DNA of 64,000 nucleotides. Source: an uncultured virus (IMG/VR IMGVR_UViG_3300036800_000502) (taxonomy: Duplodnaviria; Heunggongvirae; Uroviricota; Caudoviricetes). The number at the start of each line of letters is the position of its first letter. Position 1 is the first letter of the stretch. Of this stretch, positions 51,371 through 59,757 are shown piece after piece. The translations under genes and the position numbers were made by a program. The notes under the pieces are model-generated. The model had not been told where the DNA came from. It did no database searches and saw nothing but the letters and a program-made list of their open reading frames with translations. The DNA lies in IMG/VR virus record IMGVR_UViG_3300036800_000502. One strand, given 5' to 3'.

Positions 51371-53584
51371 ATGGCTATCACCGAACGCGCCCTTACCCCT
51401 TTGCTCCCCGAAACCCGTACGGAGGCCCCTGACACCGCCCAGCCCGGGCTGGACGACCACACCATTCGGGCCTTCCTGGCCGGCGAGATCGACCACCGCC
51501 AGATCCCGGCTCCGCAATGGGGCCCGATCGGACAAGAGGTGTTCGAGCGGACCTACGCCCGCCCGGTGGCCACCGCTCTCACCGGTGATGACGGCCAACC
51601 CATCCTCCGCAAGGAGTCCTGGGCCGAGACGGTCCGCCGAGTGGTGAACGGCAGCCTGTCCTACCTCGACCGGTCCCACTGGGTCCCCGACGAGGACATC
51701 GAGCTCTTCCGGTTGTTCTACGCGTTCAAGGCCCTTCCCGCCGGCCGCCATCTCTGGGTCACCGGCACCACCTCTGCCCACATGTCTAAGAACTGTTGGG
51801 TCAGCGGGTTCTCCGCCCGGACCTCGGACCACTTCAGCTACGCCGCCGCCCGGCTGTTCGAGGGTGGGGGAGTCGGGGGCAACTACAGCGCCGATCTGAG
51901 GAAGCCCACCCAGCCGATCCTCGGCACCATCGGGTTGCAGTTCACCTGCATCGACCTCCATCCCGACGTCACCGAGATCCGGACCGCCGCCGGTTCGGCC
52001 TGGTCCCCGAGCGCCTGGGCCGCCACCGAGTGGGCGGTCGCCCATCCCGAGGCCGCCCCCGGCGTCGAGACCATCCGGGTCGAGGACACCCGGGAAGGGT
52101 GGGTGGACACCTGGGTCCGGCTGATCGACCTGTCCACCACCGACGGCCACCACCCGGTGATGATCGACGTGTCCGACATCCGCCCCCACGGAGCGGTGCT
52201 GAAGACGTTTGGTGGGACCGCTTCGGGCCCATCCCCGCTCGTTGCCGCCATCGTCGGGGTGGTCGAGGTGCTGAACCAGGCCGCGACCCAACGCCGGCGG
52301 ATCGGCGGGCTGGAATCCATGCAGATGGACCACGAGATCGCCGCCTCGGTGGTGGCCGGTGGGGCGAGGCGCTCCGCCCGCATGTCCATCATGTCCTGGA
52401 GAGACCCGGAGATCTTCGACTTCATCTCCTGCAAGGCCGACCAGATGCACCACTGGTCCACCAACATCTCCGTCGAGATCGACGAGGACTTCCACGACGC
52501 GCTGGCCGCCGGCGACCCCCACGCCGAGGCGGTGCTGGAAGCGGTGGTGGCCGGCATGGTGGCCAACGGCGAGCCCGGGTTCGTCGACACCCACGCCCAC
52601 TCAGCCGACGAGCCCGACGCCATCCGGATTACCAACCCCTGTGGTGAGGCGTCGCTCAATTTCGACCCGACCGACGCCGCCGGCGAGTCGTGCAATCTGG
52701 GCTCGGTGGACCTGGCCGCCTTCGGCAGCGACCACCACGGGGCTCTCCGGGCCTTCTCCCTCATGGCCAGGTTCCTCTACCGGGCCACCCTGAACCCCCA
52801 CCACCAGGAAGCCCCCCGTCGGATCGAGACGCACAACCGCCGGATCGGGGTCGGAATCATGGGGCTTCAGGGCTGGGTCGCCGCCCACGGGGCCAAGTTG
52901 AGCTCGCTGGCCGACCGGGCCGACCTGCTCGACCACCTGACCGCCTTCCGGTCGGCGGCTCGGACCAGTGCCGACCACCTGGCCTCTGGGCTCGGGTTGC
53001 CTCGACCCGTCAAGGTGACCGCAGTGGCCCCGACCGGCAGCATCGCCCAGATGCGGGGCACCACCCCGTCGATCAACGCGGTGATGGCCAAATACTTCAT
53101 CCGTCGGGTCCGCTACACCGACACCGACCCGTCACTGGTCACCCTGGAGGCCGAAGGCCACACCGTGGTCGACGACATCTACGCCGCCAACACCAAGTGC
53201 GTGGAGTTCGTGGTCCGGGATGGGATCCTCGATCACTACCCAGCGGGGCTGATCGAGCAGTCCGACGAGATCTCTGCCAAGCAGTTCTTCTCGGTCATCG
53301 CCGCCGTCCAGCAGAGCTTCTGCGGGTGGGGCGACGGTCAGGCCGTCTCGGCCACCGCTCAGATCCCCTCCGACATGGACCCGAGCGAGCTGGTGGCGGC
53401 CATGCGGCCCTACCTGGGCAAGGTCAAGGGGCTGACGGTGTTCCCGAACATCTCCCGGGATCTCTCCCCCTACGAAACTCTCACCGAAACCGAGTACAAC
53501 GCCCGCACCCTCGCCGGCCCAGTGATGTCAGCCGGGGACTCCAACTCCGGGGAGTGCGTCGGTGGGGCCTGTCCGGTCCGGTGA
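51371..53584 (+). CDS. nrdJ: Class II (B12-dependent) ribonucleotide reductase
   Basis: VFERTY, LPAGRHLW, NCW, GGARRSA, TNPCGE, SCNLG, APTGS, C-terminal ECVGGACPVR; AGGAG RBS. Confidence 0.9.
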   Translation: MAITERALTPLLPETRTEAPDTAQPGLDDHTIRAFLAGEIDHRQIPAPQWGPIGQEVFERTYARPVATALTGDDGQPILRKESWAETVRRVVNGSLSYLDRSHWVPDEDIELFRLFYAFKALPAGRHLWVTGTTSAHMSKNCWVSGFSARTSDHFSYAAARLFEGGGVGGNYSADLRKPTQPILGTIGLQFTCIDLHPDVTEIRTAAGSAWSPSAWAATEWAVAHPEAAPGVETIRVEDTREGWVDTWVRLIDLSTTDGHHPVMIDVSDIRPHGAVLKTFGGTASGPSPLVAAIVGVVEVLNQAATQRRRIGGLESMQMDHEIAASVVAGGARRSARMSIMSWRDPEIFDFISCKADQMHHWSTNISVEIDEDFHDALAAGDPHAEAVLEAVVAGMVANGEPGFVDTHAHSADEPDAIRITNPCGEASLNFDPTDAAGESCNLGSVDLAAFGSDHHGALRAFSLMARFLYRATLNPHHQEAPRRIETHNRRIGVGIMGLQGWVAAHGAKLSSLADRADLLDHLTAFRSAARTSADHLASGLGLPRPVKVTAVAPTGSIAQMRGTTPSINAVMAKYFIRRVRYTDTDPSLVTLEAEGHTVVDDIYAANTKCVEFVVRDGILDHYPAGLIEQSDEISAKQFFSVIAAVQQSFCGWGDGQAVSATAQIPSDMDPSELVAAMRPYLGKVKGLTVFPNISRDLSPYETLTETEYNARTLAGPVMSAGDSNSGECVGGACPVR

Positions 53585-53648
53585 CCGCTGGGCCGGGGCA
53601 CCCGTGCCGCCCTCATCACCGGTGAGAACCCGAAAGAGGAGCCTTGCC

Positions 53649-54026
53649 GTGCCGACCGACCCGACACCGATGGACGACGAGAGACTGGCTTTCTGGCAAG
53701 AGATCGCCGACCAGGGAAGCGCCTACGGCGAGTGCTCGGGCCAAGACCTCCGAGAGCTCCTGGCCCGACTCAACCTGGAGCGGAGCCGGGCCGACGCGTT
53801 CGGGCTGCGGCTGGCTGATGTCTTGTGGGCACACAACCGCATCATTGCGGCCTACCAAAACGGTGGGCGCCCCAAGCCCGAAGACGTCGAGGCCATGAAC
53901 GCTGTGTTTGAGGCCACGGCCCCGATGATCTCGGTTACGCCTCCGGACGGAACCGACCGAGGACGTGAAGTCGGCCGGGCACTCCTCGCCAACGCCAGAA
54001 AACGGATAGCCGACCGACCCTGTTGA
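53649..54026 (+). CDS. Hypothetical protein
   Basis: GAGGAG RBS; motif A upstream at about 53606. Confidence 0.65.
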   Translation: MPTDPTPMDDERLAFWQEIADQGSAYGECSGQDLRELLARLNLERSRADAFGLRLADVLWAHNRIIAAYQNGGRPKPEDVEAMNAVFEATAPMISVTPPDGTDRGREVGRALLANARKRIADRPC

Positions 54027-54098
54027 CCTGACCGCCCTTCTCGCCCGCCATCAAGAAGAGATCGGTGGATTGGGAATTTCGCCGCCCTCTACTTAGGC

Positions 54099-54689
54099 AT
54101 GACCAACCGTGTCCACAAAGGCGTCCCCACTGGAGGCCAGTTCGCGGGCGATACCCACCCGGAAGCCGGCTCACTTGCCCTCGACGGGGCGGCCGTCCGA
54201 GCTGACCATACCGACCTGATCGTCGGCCTTGTCCGGCACACCAACCCTGACGGTTCGCTCGGGGGGAGGGTGGCCGTCACTGCCCAGGTCTCCGACTCCG
54301 CCACCGTCGGACCCAAGGCCCGGGTATTGGGACACGCCGTCGTCAAGGACTCCGCCACCATCACCGGGCACGCCACCGTGGCCGGTAACGCAGTTATCTC
54401 CGGGAAGGCCACCGTCTCCGGCGAGTCGGTGGTGAGTGGTTCCGCCCAGATCACCGACCACGCCCTCATCTCGGGCAGCGCCCACGTCACCGACCACGCC
54501 ACGGTCGACCAGTGTGCCTTCGTCGGGGAGCACGCCTTTGTGGGCGGTGGTGTGAAGGTCACCGGGCTGGCCATCGTCGGCGGTGACTCATCTATCCGGG
54601 ACAACGCCCTGATCTCTGGAGCCGCCATCGTCGGTGGTGAGACCAACATCCACCTGGACATGGTGCTCGCCGGGGTGGATGTTCGATGA
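54099..54689 (+). CDS. GGQFA-tagged left-handed beta-helix (hexapeptide repeat) protein
   Basis: MTNRVHKGVPTGGQFAGDTHPEA; (A)xVxxxA hexapeptide repeats. Confidence 0.85.
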   Translation: MTNRVHKGVPTGGQFAGDTHPEAGSLALDGAAVRADHTDLIVGLVRHTNPDGSLGGRVAVTAQVSDSATVGPKARVLGHAVVKDSATITGHATVAGNAVISGKATVSGESVVSGSAQITDHALISGSAHVTDHATVDQCAFVGEHAFVGGGVKVTGLAIVGGDSSIRDNALISGAAIVGGETNIHLDMVLAGVDVR

Positions 54690-54858
54690 GAGCCATGAGC
54701 GCCCAACACCCCAACACGGACTCACATGTGGACCGTGCCGAGCGGTATGACTTCCTTCGGCAGCTTGAGGCTGCCGAGAGGTCCGCTGCCGGGTCGGCGC
54801 TACCCCTCCCTCGCACGCCCCGGACATCATCGACCCGACAGTCCGCAAGGGTTCTTGT

Positions 54859-55404
54859 ATGAGCAACCCCAACCCCAACCGGCAACCCCCGGGAGTCCCG
54901 ACCGGTGGGCAGTTCGCTCCCAGCTCCCACCCGGAGTCGGAGGTCGAGCTCTCCACCGGACCCGACACGATTTTCCAAACTGCCAACGGGTACCTGCTGT
55001 GCGTCCGGCACGCTGAGGAGTGGCGGAGCGGTGGGAACAACGTGGCTATGTGGCCAGCCGGCGCCCATGAGTTGGCTGAAGGCGGCTACCTGTGTATCGA
55101 CTGCGCCAACGATCTCATGGAGCGCACCGACGATGTGGACGCACCGAGAGACGAGCCGGTGGCGGATGGCGATGAGTCAGCCACCCCCGGGCCCGAACTC
55201 GTCGAGCTGGTCAGCCGGACAGGAGAGTCGTTACAAAGCTGGAGTGGAGAGACGGTCGAGGAGATCGGGTCCAAGCTGACCTGTGACGAAATGGAAGAGC
55301 TGGCGGGGTTGTTCACCAGTGTCGGACGTGAGGACCTCACCATTGCGCTCACCGAGGCGCACGCCGCCGCGGACGAACCGGAAGACAGGCACTTCCGTGG
55401 GTAG
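54859..55404 (+). CDS. GGQFA-tagged hypothetical protein
   Basis: MSNPNPNRQPPGVPTGGQFAPSSHPESE. Confidence 0.8.
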   Translation: MSNPNPNRQPPGVPTGGQFAPSSHPESEVELSTGPDTIFQTANGYLLCVRHAEEWRSGGNNVAMWPAGAHELAEGGYLCIDCANDLMERTDDVDAPRDEPVADGDESATPGPELVELVSRTGESLQSWSGETVEEIGSKLTCDEMEELAGLFTSVGREDLTIALTEAHAAADEPEDRHFRG

Positions 55405-55705
55405 CCAGAGCCCAGCCAACCGCCGGCCCCAAGGCACCTCCGCCGGCGGCCAGTTCGCCGCCAAGACCAGCCCCGAGTCAGAAGTCGATCTGGTTGAGAT
55501 GGAATGCGAATGGTTCGTCGGATGCCGCAACGAATCGGTCGGCATGGTTGAGCACCCCACCTTGGGCGACGTCGAGATTTGCCAGGAGCACGTCGTCTGG
55601 CTGGAGACCGACTTCTCCCCCACGAAGATGATCCCGCCGATGGCAGCCAGAGCGGCCCAGCCGAGAGGATCCCGTCGATCGGCGGAAGCGCCGCCCTCTT
55701 TGTAG
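55397..55705 (+). CDS. GGQFA-tagged small Cys/His protein
   Basis: GTG start; SQSPANRRPQGTSAGGQFAAKTSPESE; CEWFVGC...HP...CQEH. Confidence 0.75.
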   Translation: MGSQSPANRRPQGTSAGGQFAAKTSPESEVDLVEMECEWFVGCRNESVGMVEHPTLGDVEICQEHVVWLETDFSPTKMIPPMAARAAQPRGSRRSAEAPPSL

Positions 55706-55707
55706 AT

Positions 55708-56346
55708 ATGAGCTCAACCAATCCCAACCGTCAGCCCCAGGGGATACCCGCCGGAGGCCAGTTCGCCGCCAAAACCAGCGCCGAGTCCGAAGTCGAACTG
55801 GCCCTGCCGACGGTCGAGACCAAAGCCAACGCCTTCGACGCCATTCATGCGGTCCTGAACGGGACGGAGTGGCACGCCGAAACGATCGAGCGGGTGGCCG
55901 AGATCGTCACCGCCGCCGGGAGCCCGATCGCAGAGCCCGGCGATGACGACAAGGAGGGGCCGGTCTACTCCGGAGGCGAAGCCTGCATGGAAACCCACGA
56001 TTCCTACGAGCGGGCCGCTGCCGCCGTCCAACCCGAATCTCCCGCGACACGGCCGGATCCCATCCCGATCCGACTCGACATCCCCGAGGACCGGTGGGAG
56101 GCGCACGGAGACGAAGCCGACGAACGCTCGTTCCTCCATTGCGTTGTCCAGGTCTGCGGCACCGACTTCGTGGCCGATGCCTACGGCGTCCACGAGGACG
56201 AGAACGGTCTCCAGACCGCCGACTGGGAAGAGTTCGGCGATGAGCAGCTCGACAACATCTACAACGTCGCCCGGGCCGAGGGACAGCTCGAGACGGTGAC
56301 GATCGGTGGCCGGGAGTACGTCCTGGTCATCACGCCTCTCGGCTAA
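55708..56346 (+). CDS. GGQFA-tagged acidic protein
   Basis: MSSTNPNRQPQGIPAGGQFAAKTSAESE; motif A upstream. Confidence 0.8.
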   Translation: MSSTNPNRQPQGIPAGGQFAAKTSAESEVELALPTVETKANAFDAIHAVLNGTEWHAETIERVAEIVTAAGSPIAEPGDDDKEGPVYSGGEACMETHDSYERAAAAVQPESPATRPDPIPIRLDIPEDRWEAHGDEADERSFLHCVVQVCGTDFVADAYGVHEDENGLQTADWEEFGDEQLDNIYNVARAEGQLETVTIGGREYVLVITPLG

Positions 56347-56387
56347 CACCGCCCGGACCGCCAGGCGATGCCGCCCTCATCGGTTGT

Positions 56388-56570
56388 ATGACCGAGGCCA
56401 AGAAGACACTGGTCCATCTCCAGAAGACGCCCTCGACCGTGGCCTGCGGAGCCCCGATGGGCCACTGGAAGACGCAGCCAGACGGCTGGGACCTCAGCAC
56501 GGCCACGACCGAAGCCAGCAAGGTGACGTGCGACAAATGCGTCGCCACATTCTCCCGGTCCGTCCGGTGA
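56388..56570 (+). CDS. Small putative zinc-binding protein
   Basis: VH...ACG...VTCDKC; ATG 9 nt after motif A. Confidence 0.65.
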   Translation: MTEAKKTLVHLQKTPSTVACGAPMGHWKTQPDGWDLSTATTEASKVTCDKCVATFSRSVR

Positions 56571-57658
56571 GGATCAGCTACGTCCCCAGGAAGTTCGGCC
56601 CCGCCAGCCTGGACATCATCTCCATGGCCAACACCATCTGTGCGGAGTACCAGGCTCAAGGGCTCGACATCACCCTTCGGCAGCTCTACTACCAGTTCGT
56701 TGCCCGTGGCTACATCCCCAACAAGCAGTCCGAGTACAAGCGCCTCGGCGGCATTGTCAACGACGCCCGTCTGGCCGGTCTCATCGACTGGGACTACATC
56801 GTGGACCGGACCCGCAACATCAGGTCGATGTCCCACTGGGAGAACCCAGCCGACATCATCAAGGCCGTCTCCCACCAGTTCCGCCACGACAAATGGGCCG
56901 CTCAGCCCACGATGGTCGAGGTCTGGGTGGAGAAAGACGCCCTGGTCGGCGTGCTCGACTCGGTGTGCCCCGACCTGGACGTGGCGTACTTCTCTTGCCG
57001 CGGCTACACCAGCCAGTCAGAAGTCTGGGGAGCCGCCCAGCGGCTCGGTGCCTACATGGAGCGGGGCCAGGATGTGGTCGTCGTCCACCTCGGCGACCAT
57101 GATCCGTCGGGCATCGACATGAGCCGGGACATCGAGGACCGCATCCGGCTGTTCACCGACTCGGACATCCGCAAGGCAGCGGCCGCTGCGGTCCATAAGG
57201 CCATCGAACTGGGCGACATGAAGCCGCTGCCCGAAGACGACACAGATCACTCCGGTCCCGAGTGGGAGGCGGCGGTCGAGTACGTCAGGAACTACCGGGC
57301 CGATCGCGGGAACTTCACCCTCAACCGAATCGCTCTGAACATGGACCAGGTGGAGGAGTATGACCCGCCGCCCAATCCCGCCAAGCTGACCGACAGCCGG
57401 GCAGCCAACTACGTGATCGAGCACGGGGACTCGTCCTGGGAGCTGGACGCGCTCGATCCCACCACGCTGGTCAACCTCATCACCGAGGCCGTCGCCGAGC
57501 ACCGGGACGAGGACCTATGGGAGCAGGCGGTGGAAGACGAGGAGACAGCCCGGGAGCAACTCACCGCCGTCTCCAACGACTGGGAGACCGTGGTCCAGCG
57601 CACCATGACCCTCGCGCCCCCAGAGGACGATTCGCCGCCGCCCTCTATAGGGACATGA
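56567..57658 (+). CDS. TOPRIM-domain protein (Topo VI-A/Spo11-like, phage-type)
   Basis: TLRQLYYQFV, EVWVEKDAL, GDHDPSG, WELDAL. Confidence 0.8.
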   Translation: MRISYVPRKFGPASLDIISMANTICAEYQAQGLDITLRQLYYQFVARGYIPNKQSEYKRLGGIVNDARLAGLIDWDYIVDRTRNIRSMSHWENPADIIKAVSHQFRHDKWAAQPTMVEVWVEKDALVGVLDSVCPDLDVAYFSCRGYTSQSEVWGAAQRLGAYMERGQDVVVVHLGDHDPSGIDMSRDIEDRIRLFTDSDIRKAAAAAVHKAIELGDMKPLPEDDTDHSGPEWEAAVEYVRNYRADRGNFTLNRIALNMDQVEEYDPPPNPAKLTDSRAANYVIEHGDSSWELDALDPTTLVNLITEAVAEHRDEDLWEQAVEDEETAREQLTAVSNDWETVVQRTMTLAPPEDDSPPPSIGT

Positions 57659-59595
57659 GCATCGGCGTGGTGACGCGATTGGGGACGACCGTCGATGCTG
57701 TCGACCTGTTCTGCGGGTACGGCGGCACGTCGGGGGCCGTGCGGGCAGCAGGGGCGGAGATCACGGTCGCCGCCAACCACTCGCAGCTGGCCATCGAGTG
57801 CCACGCGGCGAACTTCCCGGGCGTAGATCATCGCCGGGCGGACTTGTCGGACCCCCACAGCGCCGACTACATCGACCCGGCCGACCTGCCGGCAGCGACC
57901 CTGTTGGTGGCAAGCCCCAGTTGCAAATTCCACTCCATGGCGAACGCCAAAAAGGTCTACGCCCGTGGTCCCCAGTCGGCGCTCGCCGACGAGGACTTCG
58001 ATGAGGTGGCCTACGCCAACTCCGAGCGGTCCCGGGTCACGATGCTGTGCCCGCTCCGCTATGCCGCCAAGCACCGGCCCGAGCTGGTGTTGGTGGAGAA
58101 CGTCGTCGAAGCAGCGAAGTGGGGTCCGGACCGGGACGGGAGCACGTTCCGGTGGTGGTTGGCTGAGTGGGAGAAGCTCGGCTACGAGCACGAGACGCTG
58201 TTCTTCAACTCGATGTTCTTCCCACCGTGCCCGCAGAGCCGGGACCGCATGTACGTGGTCTGTTGGCGACGAGGGAACCGTCAGCCCGACCTCGACTACC
58301 GACCCAGAGCTCAGTGTACGAGCGACCGGTGTCAGGGGACGCTCGTCGATGCGGTCCAGACCTGGAAAACGCCGACGGCTGCGTGGCCCGTGGCCCGGTG
58401 GGGCAAGTACGACCAGCAGTACACCTACAACTGTCCTGTGTGCCATAGCCGGGTACACCCGGTGGCGTGGCCGGCGTACAGCGCCATCGACTGGAGCAAC
58501 CTCGGACCCCGCATCGACGAGCGGGACGGGTTGGGAATGAACCCGCTGGCCCCAGCCACGATCGAGCGGATCCGGCGGGGCGTGACCAAGTTCCGGGGAG
58601 GCCCACCGCTGCTCATCCCGGCGAAGGCGACGTGGGGCGTCGACCGGCCTGTCTCCGGCGTGTTCCCCACCCAGACGAGTGAAGGAGAGCGGGGCCTCGT
58701 CATCGACGGCGCCGTGGTGCCGCTTCGCACCAACGGCAAAGCTGCCGGGGGCGGCGATTCGATGCGAACGGTGGTGGCGGGCAACGTCGGACATGCAGTG
58801 ATCGGTCGCCCGTTCGTAGTCAAGAACAACGGTGCGATCGACGAGGCGAAGTACCGGGCACACCCGATCACCGACCCTCTCGGAGCACTGACCGCCCACC
58901 CGTCCCAGCAGCTCGCCATCGACGGTGTGACCGTGGTGGCTGCCGGGCACACGTTCGAGCGAGCGGGGTCGGCGTGCCGGACCCGGCCCCTGGCAGAGCC
59001 TCTCTTTACCCAACACGGATCGGAGGCGCTCGGGTTCGCCCATAGCCCCTTCGTCACGCCACTGCGGGGTGGCGGTTCGGTCGACGGTCAGTCGGCGGTG
59101 GCGGACGCCCTCGGGACCATCTCGGCCGGTGGTCTCCATCACGGACTCACCTCACCGGCGCTGTTCGAGAAGCTGAACGGCGGCCCGGGCGACACCGCCT
59201 GGCATACCATGGCCGACCCCCTGAACACGGTGACCTCCCGGGACACGCACGGGATGATCGTGTTGCCCTGGCTCGAGCAGTGGCGCTCGAACCCGGTGGC
59301 GATCACCGAGCAACTGGCGACGGTTATGAGCCGCCTGCGGCACTCACTGGGCTCGATGAAGGCAGACCTCGAGCCGGTCACCGACGAGCAGCTCGGGGCG
59401 ATCCGGTTCCGGATGCTGAGCCCGGACCCCGAGCTGCGCCGGGCGATGGCGTTCGCCGACGACTACATCCTGCTCGGAAACAAGACCCAGGTGACCAGTG
59501 GCCTTGGGAACGCAGTGACGCCACCGGTGGCCACTTGGATCACGGAACGGTGCCTGGCAACGCTGGGGGGAGCGGCAACAGAGAGGGTTGCATGA
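57655..59595 (+). CDS. DNA (cytosine-5)-methyltransferase with long variable region
   Basis: DLFCGYGG, SPSC, VENV, PQSRDR, FRML, GNAVTP; ATG 9 nt after motif A. Confidence 0.92.
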   Translation: MSIGVVTRLGTTVDAVDLFCGYGGTSGAVRAAGAEITVAANHSQLAIECHAANFPGVDHRRADLSDPHSADYIDPADLPAATLLVASPSCKFHSMANAKKVYARGPQSALADEDFDEVAYANSERSRVTMLCPLRYAAKHRPELVLVENVVEAAKWGPDRDGSTFRWWLAEWEKLGYEHETLFFNSMFFPPCPQSRDRMYVVCWRRGNRQPDLDYRPRAQCTSDRCQGTLVDAVQTWKTPTAAWPVARWGKYDQQYTYNCPVCHSRVHPVAWPAYSAIDWSNLGPRIDERDGLGMNPLAPATIERIRRGVTKFRGGPPLLIPAKATWGVDRPVSGVFPTQTSEGERGLVIDGAVVPLRTNGKAAGGGDSMRTVVAGNVGHAVIGRPFVVKNNGAIDEAKYRAHPITDPLGALTAHPSQQLAIDGVTVVAAGHTFERAGSACRTRPLAEPLFTQHGSEALGFAHSPFVTPLRGGGSVDGQSAVADALGTISAGGLHHGLTSPALFEKLNGGPGDTAWHTMADPLNTVTSRDTHGMIVLPWLEQWRSNPVAITEQLATVMSRLRHSLGSMKADLEPVTDEQLGAIRFRMLSPDPELRRAMAFADDYILLGNKTQVTSGLGNAVTPPVATWITERCLATLGGAATERVA

Positions 59596-59670
59596 TGCCA
59601 GGCAGGGACTCCGACCGGCGGCCAGTTCGCCGGCAAGACCAACCCCGAGGCCGCCGTCATCGCCGGATGG
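59596..59670 (+). pseudogene. Start-less relic of the GGQFA tag
   Basis: CQAGTPTGGQFAGKTNPEAAV immediately after the methyltransferase TGA, in the DinG reading frame. Confidence 0.7.
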
Positions 59671-59757
59671 TTGAGGAAGAGACCAACGCGGAAGCCTGCG
59701 GCCACGACCCTCTCGTCTGACCGAGCCCCGGTTGAGATCCCGCCGCACAGAGAAGAT

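Larger units (their letters stand above)
11592..57645 (+). promoter_or_regulatory. Dispersed motif A: GCCGCCCTC-N9-start codon
   Basis: Copies at 11592, 12150, 13519, 43275, 44449, 45097, 46959, 48944, 50060, 50401, 54081, 55690, 56370, 57637 (+) and 19178 (-), all exactly 9 nt before ATG/GTG. Confidence 0.85.
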
